Shown: one piece after another, positions 1 through 15,000 of the stretch
Position numbering within the stretch: position 1 is the stretch's first letter
How the letters are laid out: every line of letters begins with the position of its first letter
NCBI GenBank assembly: GCA_036172245.1
Contig: JAYWIR010000017.1
Span: 2,666,001-2,730,000 of the forward strand
Length of the DNA: 64,000 nt
Direction: 5' to 3'
From: Raillietiella orientalis
Taxonomy: Eukaryota
Position numbers and translations under genes: made by a program
Notes under the pieces: generated by a model
The model's database searches: none
What the model was told of the DNA's origin: nothing
Seen by the model: the letters and a program-made list of their open reading frames with translations, nothing else

Positions 1-3000
1 TTGAGCGGATGTGCCAGCATGTCCATGGTCGCCACCCGCCTCCTCGCTAGCGATTCCCCGCCACGTGCGAGCGGTGCCGGGCAGACGAAATGGAGGGCAG
101 CGAGGCGACCCAATCGGGAATGTGGGGTGGTAGGGGACTCACCCCGACACCGGTGGACTCATCGTGACTCGCTCCTCTCCCTTCCCTGCCCAACGAAGGC
201 TCCCACGAATCGCTTGCAGTGCCATGGGTCCGCTCCCCACCATCTCCCATTTATTTGTCGTCTCTTGCGGGACTCTCCCTTCACTCGGTGGTTTTGCGTC
301 CCGAGCGAGGGCAGTTACGTTTGAGGCCGGCAGATGTCAGCGCCGGTCTAACCGCACAAATTGTACTTGTGAAATAAATTGTCCAGGCAGTCGGTGATGA
401 GATGGCCACTCTGGGACGTCTGCCCCTTGAAATTCGATGAACATGACGTTGACGTGTCGTGGGAGCGCGCGGCTCAGCGAACGCCGACGCTCAGGTCGGG
501 GAAAAACGCGCACAGCAAGGAGCGGTTAAGGGGACAGTGGAGAGGATAAAAATGAAAGAAATATGGGATGCTGTGAGGAATTGGTTTTACCTCGCTGCGT
601 GCCATGGCACTGCACAGAAGGTAGAGCGCAGCTTGAGGGTTTTCAAAGCGAATGAAAAAGAAAAATTCGCAGTGGATCCTGGAACGAATGGGCCTGGAAA
701 AAAAGCAGGTTGGGTTTCCCTCTACAAGATTGGAGATGCTGTTTTAAACTTATGGCTAAGAGCTCACATGACTTTTCCATGAGGGGATCGGTTTAAACAC
801 ATGTAAGGCCTTTGAATCCGAATGTTAATTATGGCTGTCCTTTTCTTTTCCAAAGTGTTTCAGTGTTCCCGCAAACAAGGTTCACCTTAGAAACGCGTTG
901 GAGCTCTTCGTGCGCAGCGCAACTCCGCCTGCTGTGGAGATCGCCACCATCCGCTGCTTCCGCAGCGCAGGCATGGCACTAAGCTCAGCCAGAAGGATGC
1001 AGCGCCACAATGACCTCTTTCTTGAGGGGAAGATGGTCCGCCCTCTTGGAACTAGAAAGCGTGGAACTTGCCAGTATCCAGTACAGGATGCAGAAGAGCC
1101 CAGGGGATCGCCGGTAACCCCTCCCCTTCCTCTTGGTCCCTTCCCAAAGTGAGAAGTTATGCACGAGCGTTTTCCTTTTTTATTTCTTGATCTGACACTC
1201 CTTCCTTTCCTTCTCCGAGGTGATGGTCTCCCACTGACAGATCAGCTGGCTTCCTTCCAGCTCATCCGGAATTCTCCTGGTTCGGAAGGACCCAGCAGCA
1301 TCCCAACCTGCGTTCTTTTGTTTCCTCATGTCCCCGTCGTTAGGAGCTGCAACAAACTCTGAGGCGGGATCTGCCGCTGCAACAAGACCCCTCTGCGTAT
1401 TTTGTGAGGACCGGAGTGTGCGGAAGATGACTGGCAGCTACCACGAATGGATGCGAACAAAGGGAGCCATCAGAGCGGCGTTCGGATTTTTTTCTCTTTG
1501 TGCTCATGAAGAGAGAAAAGTTTCCCTTGAAAGTCTGGAAAGCCTTCCCTTCTAGATTCCCGTTCGGCTTCCTGCGGAGAATGAGGAAGGGATGAAAAAC
1601 TGCGGGTCGAAGCAGCAGCCGCAGTGCTTGCATCTTCCTCGAGGGCCTCCTTGCGCGTCTGCGGCGTAGGGCAGCTGACCCATCACGGCGAAAGGATCAA
1701 GCAAACGCAGGCCACGAGCGATCCCTCCCGGAGAAATCCTTGACAGCATTCTCGTCACAATCTTCCCATTGTTCCCGGCTGCTAGGTTTTGCTGATGCCG
1801 TTCCGTGATTCTCGAAGCTTTCTCTGGAGGCCCCTTGCTTGATTCCACCCGATCGTTGCCGAGCGGCGCTCGGGGCGCGAGAACAGGAGGAAACTCCCCG
1901 ATCTCCTAGCAACCCGAATTTGCCCGATTCCCCTACAGGGCTACGAGGGATTGCTGCCGGCCGGTCCAGATCCTGCCCCACTTGATCTGCTTTTCCGCCC
2001 CGACGAGTCGTTGCTCCGGCGAAGTCGTCTCTGAAATAATATGGGAAAATCGTCACCTCCTCTGTTCTTTGCACTTTTCCTTCTGGGCCTGACCTCCTGC
2101 AAGCAGTCCATGCAGGTCGGGTTGCGGTCACTTCAGAATCTGTTCGGACTGTCGCTTATCTCCTAGCTGATGATCCTCTTCAGTCATCCTCTCCCCCTTC
2201 CTTCCCCCGGTCGTCCTCGAGGTTTCGTCCGTGTTTGGCCTCCCAGAGCAAAACCGCTGACGCTGCGTGACGGAGTGAGCATCAAAGCCCCTCTTCGGTA
2301 ATGCTCGTTCTGTGATCCCCCTTTCCCCCTTCCTTGCGGGCACGCGCGCAAAAGCATCATCTCATCCACGGTCAGAGCTGACTGGGGTGGAAGGAAGAAG
2401 AAGGGAAAAAGGGACGGGAAAATCGGGGGTTCGCGTCGAGGAAACTCCGTCACGGGATGGAAGCGCCAAACCGTGCCTGCGTGGAGAACGGAACATCGCG
2501 ATGCCTGCAGGTCGGTTCCTGTCCCTACTGTCCAAAAAGAAAGGGCTTTGTAGGTCGCACCGAATGAACGAATAGGGGATCCCCAGCCGTAATCCCGGTG
2601 CAGCAACCGCTCCGCCAGAGCTTCTCGGTGTTAGAGAGTTCGACCCAGGTCCTCACGCAGAAACGGGATCGCGATCATCCGGGGGGGAGGGGGGACGAAG
2701 CGGGAAGCGTGGCTGAAATCGAGGACCAGGTCACGGCGACGGCCTTCTGGCCTCCTCACGGTCCTCGAGATACTCGGGAAACTGATCGAACTGCCTTTCG
2801 TCCAGCCACAACCAGAACCGCTGGTTGAACGTGCTCGAGGAATGACTGCTGCAGTTTGGCGGTTGAGGGTGGCATGGGGGTCTGGTTAGAAATTCCTAAT
2901 GGTTATGAAAAAATAAACACATGTTCTCATTCCACATAGACTTAAGTATGCATAGTTATGCATATGTATTCACGTACATGTTCTCAACAGTAATATTATT

Positions 3001-6000
3001 ACTGGAACAGATACATTTATTATGATCCAGTGACACATTTTATTGGTATAATTAATAAGTTGTTGATTACTCTGTTGATATATATATATTGATATTATAA
3101 AAATATATATACTTATTATATATATTAAAATATAATATATCAATATATATATAATAAGCATTGTATGTATGTATATATAAATGTATGTGTATATATACAA
3201 TGAATATATAAATATCGAATTTTTAAAAGTAAAAAATGATTGTGACGAAAATAGTAGGAAAAAATAAAAATGCAACAATGGAACAAAAAAGGAATTTCGA
3301 TATTCATGTATTCATTAAATTTATATTCCTTATATATACAAACATATCTGTATAAATATATATGTATGTATGTATTTGCATTTCTATATATATATATTTC
3401 TATGCACCAATTATATACATATAAACATATTCATATTCATATTATCCATAAGTATTGATGTGTATAATAAGCAAATGTATTTTTTTAATAATCTTAATGT
3501 ACATATCAAAACTGTTATAAACAATTTATTAATCGTATTAATAAAATGCATGTCGCGGAATCTCAAACGGATCTGTTCCAATAAAACATAAAGGTCAAGA
3601 ATATGTATGTGAATACATATGAATGACCACGCGCATTAAAGCAAATCTGTACGTGACTCTATGTATACTAAACCCACGTGTTTATTTCTTCATGACCTTT
3701 CGGGATTTCGATGGGTGCTGGGAATGCGGAGATCCACGTTTTCGTGCCGGCCTGCGTTTCCTTTCCCATTATCCAACCAGTGGGAAGATGGGTGCGAGTG
3801 GACGCCGTTTCGGCTGTGCCCAGGTGCTTTCCAAGAAACTGGAATCAGCCAAAACTGCCGTGGAAACGTGGGTCCGTTTTCCCGAAGAAAAGGGCGCCGT
3901 GGGCAAGGATTTCTCACTTTTTTCAGCGTGTGGGGAAACGTCAGAGCGGAAGCAGCGGAGCCCGTGGTGGTGCATGAAAGAAAGTTTGCCTTTCGCTTCT
4001 ACTTTTTTTTTTTTTTTTTTCGTTTTCTTTATTTTCTCTTTTCTTCTTTTTTTTTGAAGAGAAAAAAAAGAATCAATCTGGCACTAAAAGTCACTTGACG
4101 CGGGAATCATAGTTACCGCGCACTCTTGCACACGAACGTAAGACCAAAGCAAAAAAAGAGAGGCTGGGACCTCCTTGATTTCTTTCCTTCTCGCTGAATA
4201 CTTCTTTGATATGATGATAAAGAACCTGCCAAAGGACCCGAAACTTCCTGATTAACATCTTGTGTAAACTGATTCCTTCAGGTATCGACCACGCACGGCA
4301 TGCGGTTTGCTCCGGGAGTCGCGCGGTCTCCAGGCAACAGAAGCTCGACTCTTGCCGTCACGAGCGCGCGCGGCTTTCCCTCCCCCGTAAGGAAATGCCA
4401 CGTCGTCATCAACGACTCGACCAATCCCCCTCCCCCATGCGTCTGTCAAGCGCCCTTGCGTAAGTGTCGCGAAGCGCCCCCTTTTCTGTTACGCTGCCGC
4501 CGCCAGGCGCGCTCCTCCCCGTGCGGATTTCATAGAAAGCGAAACGTCGTCCCCGACATGAAGAACGGGGGAGATCCATTTTTCACGTGGAAAAACAATC
4601 GCGTCTGTGAGGTGCATCGGAGGGTCGCGCCGCCACTCCCGGAAGCTGTCTTGGACCGCACCAGGGTTCCTCCGGTTGCGTTTACCGCGTGTCCACAAAG
4701 ACGACAGGAGCTGCTCGAGTCGAAGCGCAGGTCCTGGACGGGAGAGGACCGACCTACTGGAGGAACTGGCAATTCGTGCCTTCGACTTCCCAGACTCCAG
4801 GAAGGACCAAATTCGGGATGACAAATTTCAGGATCTCCGATCAGAGGAGGGGAGGAACCGCTTACACCCTCCCCCCCCCCCCCCTCCCTGCCCGAACAGC
4901 TAGGCTTACGAGAAGCAGTCTTCGTCGAGCTAGCGGGTTTTGGGCCATCCAAAGGCTCAGCGTCCGAACCTGCTCGGCTCTTTCGGTCGGCCTCGCAGGG
5001 CAACCGAAAAAGTCGGGGGCTACTTCCTGAACTGGCGCTGCCCTCTACAGGACGCCCACCTTCGTGAGCAGATGCCACAGTTCCTTGCCCATGAAGAGCA
5101 TGGCGAAGCATGCCCGTCTCCCGGAAACTCAATGATGAAATCCAGTGGCGTTCCAGTGCTGTGAACGATGATACATCGGGAGCAACATCAGAAGCCGAGT
5201 CAGAGATGCATCTAGAGGAACAGAACCAGGAGCGGCGATCTTCGGGGTGGGTCCTGCAAGGAAATCGGGCAGATTCGGGTTGCCAGGAGATCAGGAGGTC
5301 ACCTCCTGGACTCATCTCGAGCGGCGCTGGGTGACAGCCGGATGGGATCAATCGAGAGCTTACGGGACGACATCAGCAAACCTAGCAGCTGGCAACAATG
5401 AAGAGTCCTAAGAGAGTATTCCAAGTCCCAACTTGAACCCACGACTTCTGCGTCGGAGGCCGTGTGGTTACGGTGGTCTCCGCTCTTGGTGCTATCACGC
5501 GTCGCGAACTGGAGCTCCAGCGAGTGGCCAAGCTGACCCGAACGAGCACCTGGATCTCCTGCCGGCCCGGGAAGAGTAGTGCCTGGTTGCCGGAAACCAT
5601 CCGCACGTGGGCCAAGCGTGGCGGGTTCGAATAGCCTGAAAGGAATCGACGCAGTACGCCGCGGGTTCGAGTTCCTCTGAGATGACGCTGGTTGGTCCAC
5701 ATTCATCCGGGTGCGGCACTGGTAGCGGTTCAAATCGGATGCTCCCGATGAGAGCCAGGACAATGGGAGTCCACCTTCGGGTCCTTCCAGGAATCAAGGG
5801 ATTGAGAATTCCCCCTCCGGTTGTCCAAAGGAACGGACCTCCTCCTTCGAGGGTGGCCCTTCCGTGGAGTAGGTGTGTTACCACCTCTCCAAAGAGTGCA
5901 AGGAAGCGAGCCGGTCCCTCCGGAAAGGAAGCGCCCTTCTGAATTTCGAAAGCGTCCCTTCGGGTTCTCTTCAAACGAAAAAAAGCTTCCCGAACTGGAG

Positions 6001-9000
6001 CTGTCGGAGCGCAGGAAAAACACGTCCGCTCCGCTTCGACGGGGAAGGTCAAGGTTCTCTTCAGAGGAGAGGAAACGGAGCGACTTCCTCGCGGAATCCA
6101 TCCGGAGAAGACATTTCTGATAGTGGATTCTTTCCGGGTTCCCTTCGGGGAAGAAAAAATGGAGCCGACCCCTCCGGAGTCCCTTCGGAGAGAATAAGGA
6201 AGATTCTCCTCGGAGACCAATAGGGTGAAGGTGATTTCCATTCCAGGGATCACCCCTCCCCAAGCGTGAGAGAGGAAGAGACATTGATTCCTTCCTGGAT
6301 TCCTGGGAATACCCCGGGAGGGATTCGTCCCCTCCCGGGGTATTCCCTGTAACTACAAGGGCCACACGCACTCTCGGGTGATATGAAACAGCGTCAAAGA
6401 GCTGCGTGAGCCGCCGCCAGAGGCGCGACGGCTCGCATATGGGAGGATGGTTTCCTGGTTCCCCTCGGAACGATACGAGTGCTGCGGGCTCTCCCGTGGA
6501 GTAGAGGGATTCCTCCTCCTTGTTTTTCTCCGCACTCGCTCCAGCTTCCGACAGAGATCCAGGTGCAGCTCCAACGGCATCTGCAGTTGCAGCGCTTGGT
6601 GCTGACTGATCTCGCTTGAACGCCTCCCTCGTCCGGGACGCCTCGAGAAAACTTCCTCGCCGTCTCCTCGGTCGGGATTCCCGTATGTCAGGTCACTCAG
6701 AGCCGCATTTGCGAGCCAAAGAAGCAGAGCGTGCCTTCGTCTAGAGGACCCCACAAGTTCCCAGTCCACGTGGTCAGTCTTGAACCCGTGGGAAAAGCGC
6801 AAACGCTCTTCCCACGCGTCAGTAGAACGTCATTAAATCTTTATCAGTAACTTTTTATTACGTTGCGGTTCTTCAAACCGTGTGGGATGGGAATTCCGCC
6901 GTGAAGCCGAGATCGCCCACTCCAGATGCCCGCATCCGAGATAGGGAAACGATCCAGAACGAAACGGGAAAGTGGGGAACAATGACGGATGATGCTAAAA
7001 GACTGCACTTGGAGCGGCGTTCGTTGAACCGTATGTGTGTGTGTGTGTGTTTTCATCATCGCTTGATTTTTTTTTTTTTTTTGGCTCCTTCCTTCAGATG
7101 CTGCATGAGGAATGTGCGTGTCTTGCGATGCACATCCTCACTGGTAGCACTGCCGCCTTCCGTCGTAGACAGTAGACGGGAAGTGCGGGAGGAACGGCCC
7201 CTTTCTGCAGTTCCTCCGGTTGTCCGTTCCCCGGATGACTTGCAAAGAGTCCTCTTCTGCCTTTCCGAGAGAAGGAGGTCGCAAGTCTTCCTCGGGCACA
7301 AACCCTGGAGGATCTGCCGATTCGAAGACCAACAGGGAATCGAAGTGAAGTCGCAGGAAGCCGTGACCTGAATGGCCGCCTCCAGCATGCAGCAAGGAAC
7401 GGGTTCCACCATGAAAGACACTTTTGGCTTCGTGCCTGGTTGCTTCAGGGAAGAATTCCTCACCAAAGTTGTCTCAAGTCGTGTCTTTCTCGTGGGGGCG
7501 CCAGCAGTACTCTCTCCCCTTTATTAGGGCAAACCTCCTTTTGATGGTCGTCCAGCGAGGAGGAGTGACCTCAGAAAGACAGGGCAGGGAGACCTGCCTC
7601 GCAGCAACAGCCTGAAGATTCTTCTCGGGAAAATCCTCTTATTTACCGATGGGGCTATGGTTTCACAGGACGGGAGGTCTCCAAAGTGATGAGTTGAAAA
7701 TCACAAGAATGAAAGTGGTATCGTCCAGCAACAGCACAGGGATCGCCGTCTAGGGTGCCTTCCAAGAGACCAAGTAAGAAAAAAAATATCTGGTCGAGTC
7801 GTCGGAAGGAGAAGATCGCCGAGTGGACGACCTCACCCGCCTTGGTGGTCGCGTGGTGACGGTGGCCTCCGCGCATGGAAACCAAGCATTTTGGGTTCGA
7901 ATCCTCACGTGGAGGATCGACGTCGAGGAATGGGTATGTGTCGTGGGTTTCGAGTCCCCCCCCCAGCAAGATGACATGGGTTGGACTATTCGGGTGCGGA
8001 GCTGCAGGAAACGGACGTCCCCCTCGACTGGCACCGGGATTGGTAGTCAACCCTCCGGGATCATTCCTGGAATCAAGGAGTCCTTCGGGATCCCCCTCTG
8101 GTTGAGAAGATGGAGCCGTTGCCATGGAGCTAGTCGTTGTCGTTTCGGGAGGTCGCCTCTTCAGAGTGTCAAGAAGCGGGCTGCTCCCTTCGGGGAGCAG
8201 CCATTTAAAGAAATTGGGGAGCATCCCTTATGAATTCTCTTCAGGGAGGAGGAAACAGGGAGCGGTTCCCTTGTGGGTGCCCCCTGAAAAAGAAATTCTA
8301 GGATTGGATCCTTCCAGGGTTCTCTTCAAAGAAAAAAAGAGGAGCGCCCCCTCTGGGGATCCCTCTGGAGAGAGCGAGCAAGAGGAGATTCCCTTCGGAA
8401 GCAACCAGGGAGAGGATTCCTCTACCAAGCAGAAGAGAGGAACGACTCTTTCCTTCGGATCCCTTACTGGATTCATAGGGTGGTTCCTCCGAGGTCACCC
8501 CCCAACTCTTGAAAAGCCACACGTACCCTCAAATGGTGTGGACAAAGTTAAAGAGCTCCGTGAGCTCCCCCTAAGAGGGCGGGCGGTTCTTCAGCACTTG
8601 GCGAACCCCCCCCTCATTTCCAAAAAGAAAACCGGAAGAAAAAAAATAGGAGGAAAGCAGAGAAGACGGAAAAACCCGAAGAGGATTCCCAGCATCATCA
8701 TCTGGACCAAGGTCAGTACAGTGCTGCGGACTCGAGAAGGCCGACTCGGCCCAGCAGTGGAAATTCCCGGCGCCAAGAGAGAGGCTGACAGTTCGAACCG
8801 CGGATGGGAAAACCTCGCCAGCCCCGGCTCTTGAACGTCCATCCCGAACCGGCGCTCCCCCAACAGCGACCGAACTCGGATGGCTGAGGAAAGGGTGGTG
8901 AAAGCTGTGGAAGATCTTGCCCTTGCATTTTCTTCGTGTCATCCCGAACCCGTTGGATAAACACGCTGTCGCTCTCGAGGTCGACGCCATCAACCAGAGC

Positions 9001-12000
9001 TTTCTTCCAAGTTACTGCTCCTCCTCCTTTTTTTTCTCCCCTCCCTCTCCCGTCCCTTTTCCGTTAGAAGCATTTCATCCTGGTATTCAATCATTCACCG
9101 TTAGCCCCCGGTTTCCGTGAGGAACGGTTGGTTTCTTGGCAACAGCTGCCATTAGGAGGAACGGTGCTTCAGAATTCAAACCGGAACAGGAGGAGCTCTT
9201 TGTCGCCAAAACAAGACTGGAAACCGGTAGCGCTCCTGAAACGAGGAAGGAGCACACTTCATAGCCGAGGAGGCCGAGGTCCGTCTTCCTATGGTCACAG
9301 CGATATGTTGACCCTACGAGGCACTCCAGGAGAATCTCTGAGATATGGCGCCTCTCCCTGCACGCGCAGTCCCGGGCAGGGAGACAGCGAGGACCCCACC
9401 TCTCGCTGTCGGGAAGACCCTGACGAAGATTCGACTCTCTCGGGGCGCCATCCTGAAAGTGACGCGCTCTCCTGAGCCGGCGTGATTCAGCGATAGCAGC
9501 GAGGATCCCCGTGGCGTCTTCTTGAGAGCAGCAGACACAAATCCGGAGAAGAACGAAAGCAGTCGACATCCGCTCCGGCAATCCGTTGACGGAAGAGGTG
9601 ATGCTCTTCGTACCTTGGTTCTCAAAATAGGGTCCCCTGTGAGTTTCGTGCCAACTTTCGGAACCGTCTTGGTTTCAGTTGGAAGCGTCACTGCATCGAC
9701 AAGCGGAAAAGACTGCTGGGGTAATCGGGGTCGGAGGACGAGAACGAAAATTGCAATCCCGGATGCGCAGGGGGACGTTCGTGTTGACACTCAGTGAACA
9801 AACAGCGAGGCGGGCAAGCAGGCTTCCTCCTTTCGAGGGAAACGTCCGCGTCCTGTTCCACGGAGGAGCAAGGGGAAAGGGTCCTGGATGCTCTGAAAGA
9901 GAAGGATGAACAATGGTGGGAATAACCCAGATTGGTAAAGACGCTGACGAGGGTCTCAGCGGGGCATGCGGGGATCAGTGGCCCCTCCTACTGCCGAGTC
10001 CTTGCACGATGCGGGGGGGGCGATGTCCTCCACGTGCTTCGCCTTCAGGTGGTCACACCAGCCGGCAAGGCGAACCGCGCCGCGGCCGACGAGGTGTTTC
10101 CGCATGCCCGAGCGCGCTCGTGTCGCAGCAGTCCTTTCGGAATGCCGCAGCCATTTCCAGACCCATGTTCTCCCCCCTCCGTCCATTGATTTGTATGCAC
10201 CTCAACGACCGGCACATCAAGACATGAACCAGGAAACGAGGAGGAGAGGCATCGTTCCTGATGCAGGGAATTCACTTTCCGATGGTGCTCTTTTGGAGTG
10301 TCTTTTGTTTTTGCTCTCGACCACGCCTTTCCTCAACGACCTCAAGCGCGTCTTCATCGGATCTGCCTCCTGCATGTGCGAAAACCTCGTCTGAAATGAT
10401 AAAGCTCGACAGTTTCCTTCGGCCCAGATGCTCAGGATGTGCGCGGAGGGAGGGAAAAGGTCTTTCGTGTCCGGCAAAGCGCGTGGAAGCAGCCATGGCA
10501 CTCCCGGAACACGAAGGGGCGGAGCATCTGGACTCTTTTTTGAGGCTAGACGTGGCTTTCCGTTCCCTCTGACCCGAGTGACGGAGGCGGCGCGCGTTAA
10601 GATGGAGAGAGGATTTCCGCACCGAGAAGCTTTCCGAGAGGGTGCGGCGCCGTTCCTCCGAAGGGACTTCGCTACTGGGCCGAGCTCTCCGGGATTGCTT
10701 CGGACGCTCCGGAGGTGCCCAGGGAAGTTCACGGGTGGGTTGCTCGTTCCCCTCGGCGCGCCTCGCACTGGGGACGCCCGTGCGCCGCGAGCCGGATCGA
10801 TCGCGCCAGGTCGGATAGGGACAGAGGACCCCTTCCCTCACCTGCCTTCTAGGCACTGCGGCGAGATTTCCCCGCGGCCCTTCTCATCCCGGCGGACAGC
10901 TTTAGTGACAGTGAAGCTCCTCCGGGCAGAGTGCCGCGTCGCCAGCTGCCGGGGTCGCAGCGCACTCTCCTGCCTGTCTGCGCTGTGCTGTCGTCGCAGG
11001 GTGTGGGTCAGGGAAAGTGACCAAGGGAGGGAGGCTTCGCACCCGGTCGCGCCGGGATGTTTGTTTCAAAGAATAAGCCGCAAGTAGGGGAAGAGTGTCC
11101 CCTAAATACAGAAATATGCCGGCAAAAAAACAACAACTTTATTGGGGGTGACACCCTGCAAGGGGGTCCCCCTTCTAAGGCTGTCCAGGAGAACGCTGCT
11201 GCGTCTGGTCCCCCGCAAATCCTGGCTGCGGCTCGCATAGGGGTTTCCACGGCGGAACGGGAGGCAGGAAGACTACCCTTCCCTACGCACGTCGCCTCCT
11301 GCGAATCCGCGCTAGAGAGGGACTCTCGTCCCCCTGCGCGGGACGCGGAGTACCCGACGGCGAGGCAAGTTCTTCCCGTTTCCCGCCCCGAAACGCAAAC
11401 AATCCTTTTTGTTTGATCGCCGTTCCCTCTTCCCCTTCCGCTTCCTCGTTTGCAGACCTCACCGGTACCCTCAGGAAGTTGATTGACCCTGCAGGACGTT
11501 ACTTCGCACCTCAGTTTGGATGTTGGGGGTGGGGGTGGGGAGCAAACTGGATGCATGATGGGATTTTCTCTCCCGGAGAATGAATGATCCAGAGGGTGGA
11601 TACTGGTGGGATGGTCGCGCTCATCTTGCACGCGCCTAAGAAATGCCAGCGACCTCTTGAGGGCGGAAGAGGGTCAAGCGGTCAAGCGCATCTCCGACCT
11701 GGGAAACTGGGCGAAGGAAGGGGGGGGGGGAGAAGGCGCAACCCGAAGTGGGAAGGGCAGAGCAACGAGTTCCACCTACTTCCCCTCCAGCGAGACGCGA
11801 TCCTGGTCCGCTATCGACGGCCTTGGATTACCAAGGGGACGAGGAGAATACGGAAGACGCATCCTGGATCCTCCGCTCTCATGAACCTCGGCGCGCCGGG
11901 ACGATGCTCCCGGCGGCTCGGACTCTCTCCGCACCGGGATGGCGGGTGCGCCGAGTCGTCTCCGCTGGACGAGGAGCCCGTGGTCCACGTCTCGCGTCCA

Positions 12001-15000
12001 CCGGACGCTGCCAAGAACCTTCTTGCGCAGCCCTTTGGAGTCGAGTCCGGGCTCGGGACGCGATCCGGGAGATGATAGATGGTCAGCGAAGGCAGCCTCC
12101 GCTGCGGAACGAAACGGACGCGGCCGAGCGTAGAAAACCGACCGCGGTGGACGCAGGCGCGCACGCCAACAGCGCACCGCGGTATGGCACCTTCCTCTTG
12201 CGCAGCGCCGAGGGCAGGCCGATCCGGAGACGATACCACGGTGCACCCGGAGTTTTGGAGCGAGCCGACCCTTCCGTTTGAGTGCCTCGGAACCGGAGGC
12301 GGCAGGGCAGCTGAGCTGAGACGTCCCTGACCTTGAGACTGGAAGATCCTTCGAGAACTTCCTCTGTGGCGGGGGGAATCGCCATGATCATGGAACAGCC
12401 CACACTCCCCAACCGCGAGCCCCGGGTGGAGGGAAGGGATTGCGCGCCGCAGGAATCGCCAAGGGGAAAAAAGATTGGGCGAAGTGACACCCTCCACCGG
12501 GCCCTTCGTACGATCACCCCTCCGCCCTCTCCTTCGCACACCCTCAGTTTGACCGCATGCACGGGCTGATGCCGCCGCCTGTGGAGCCCCCCTGATCGCT
12601 ACGAGTCTGCCCTCTGCCGGCTCCAGCCCGCGACGTTTGGTAGCGCCCAGCGAGCGCGTCAAATGTCGTGCGGGAGGAAGGAACGCGCGGCTCCTTCCGA
12701 CGACGCCGGCGGGCATCCCTCCTACGAGGTCGCCGTGTCCGTGTTATCGCGATCCTCTAGAAGTGAGGTCGATCCACAGGGGCAAACAGCTCCATAGTGT
12801 TAGTCCTGGTCAGCTGACCTTTCGGGCAGCACGCTTCCTCAGTAGGCCGAGAGTCCGGTTGATCCGAATTTTGCCGTATTCCTCCCCTCTTCATGACACG
12901 GGAAGCAGTAGGACGCCGACGCCAGATTTCAAAATCGTCTGCTGATCCGACTGTTGCATCCGAGATTCGGTACCCACGCTGCTTCCATTGCAGGTGACAC
13001 ATTGGACTTGCATTGAGGACTTTTCTAAGCGAGCGAACACACCCCTTTGGCATATCGGACGTTTCCTGAGGTAGAATTTAGGGTATCTCGATAGAACGGG
13101 GGGTCTGCCTTGTGCGGGAAGCTTGGCTTTGCTTTGCTTGCGTTTCCGCATCGGCGCTCGCGCCCCTCAACCGTGATTCCAGAGCCGTGCTTACGTCACG
13201 CGTCTGTCTCCTTGTCTTCCAGTTCTGAACGCCTCTTTCGCTCCTCCCTTTTCGTCCCGTGGAAAAACGGCATGGCTCCCGTCCTCCCTGGTCCGAGTGA
13301 GTCGGGTGGCCTACCTTGATCGACCATTCGCTCATGGGGGTCTGCGTAGGGTGGCAAATTCACCTGACTGATACGAAACTGACACCAACCATTCGTCTTC
13401 AACCCGATCAGAACAAAACGGATTCCCGATTTCCGCTCCATCGTTACACGCCTTCCCGAAGTTCTTGCCCGAGGTGTCTAGTGTGGTCTCCAAGGTAACT
13501 TCCGTGTCATCTTCTTGAACCTTTGTTTGCTGGCTACAGACAGCAAGCAAAGCAAGGCACAGAAACGAAAGCACCGGAAAGTGCGGCCCTTTCGATCCTG
13601 AGCATCAGATAAACTCAATCTACACATTATCTGGTATGAACGATCACGAATCAGAAATTGGACTGTAAGATGATTCGTACTCAGGTGGCCTGTAACAACA
13701 ACAACAGCAACAAAAAAAAAAAATGCCTTCGTATTCAGAGGATTTAAGGTTGCCTGTCTTCATTCTCGAGCGGTGGGAAGACACGCGCCCTTTGGACTTG
13801 TTTGTCCACGAAGTGTTTTCAACTGTGCACCAAGTGACATGGAGAAAGCACGAGGAGAGCTTCTACGTGCTCTAGTTAAAAAAAACAGAAAAAAAAAAAA
13901 CATTTCCAAGGAAACTTGTGGTTGCCAACACACGAACTCGGACTTCTGGAGAGCTACCGGAAATTGAATGTGGTCCTATGTCTCTTTGGATCTGGAATGC
14001 TGCAGTCGAGAAAATAAATTTGGTCAAATGATACTCTTTTTGTTGTGCTTTCGTCTCTCCTGTAGAACACATTCAGTCGCGAGCGCCTTTTGAAGTCCAA
14101 GAGTCAAGAACACAGTCTGAATGCTATTCCTGTAAATGCCTTTTGCCCGTGGTATCTGAGTCGGGTGTTTACAGACGATAGAGGTACATCTATACATAAA
14201 GAACAACGTATTCAAAAAATACAGTATGACGTTTCCCTTCTTTAATGACACTTTGTGCATCCTTGCGATGCAAGGCATGCTTTGAAAACCTACTATTTCC
14301 GGAATATTTTGTTCGTGAGCATCTGCGAATGTTGTTTTAGGCAAATGTCCCCACGCATCTTCGTATACAACCTATTCGTTTCAAGAACTCGTGATTCTGC
14401 TCCGGTATTCTTTTGAGCGGGTTTGACCGGAGTAGCCCAGCTCCTCGCTCCTGGACCTTCCTGGTTGCGTTGAACCAAAAGATCCAGGAAGTGGAAAACG
14501 AAATCAGGAGGGCGAGCAAGCATTCAGGAAACTACGGAACAGGGAGGAAGTGACGGAAAACTTGCAATTTTCAGTTGCGGTCGTGTTAGATTGTTCGGGA
14601 AGAGAAAGGATGAATTTATCGCTTTTGCTGGCGAGGATTGTGATTGAACGTAGGGCTTCATCCTGGACTGCAAGAGCTGGGGGTTCACGAGAACGCATCT
14701 CCGTGTGCAGCAAACCAGCTTTTTGGAACCAGAGGCATTTTTTGTTTTTTCCCTTTCGCACGCCCATATACTCTGACATTAAAAAAAATACATAAATAGT
14801 ATCTTGGGGATATCAAATTCCATTGTATTTTCGTAGTTTTGGATTCCTCAAAGATCAAGGATAACTGACCATTCTTAATAAATTTCCAAAATTACAAGTT
14901 GTACTGACTTTCGTTATGGATGTGGCTGATCTAAACCGATCCCATGTTAATTCAAATGGTGCCTTGTGAATCTCTCTCTTTTCACATTCAGAAACACTTG

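Noticed and set aside
2970..3591. I/Y-rich ORFs 2970-3278, 3270-3458 and 3370-3591
   Set aside because: Translations of TA-rich low-complexity DNA.
8124..12281. Long plus-strand ORFs (8124-8834, 10428-11087, 11584-12075, 11748-12281) as genes or a viral/transposon insert
   Set aside because: R/G/P-rich with no motifs, as expected from stop scarcity in GC-rich DNA. Splice signals favour the minus strand, and no RT, integrase, transposase or capsid motif was found.
13332..13574. Signal-peptide-like ORF (LSFLCLALLAVCSQ...)
   Set aside because: The hydrophobic start has no ATG and is the translated pyrimidine tract of an acceptor (..ctgtag), so this is an internal exon rather than a secreted peptide.
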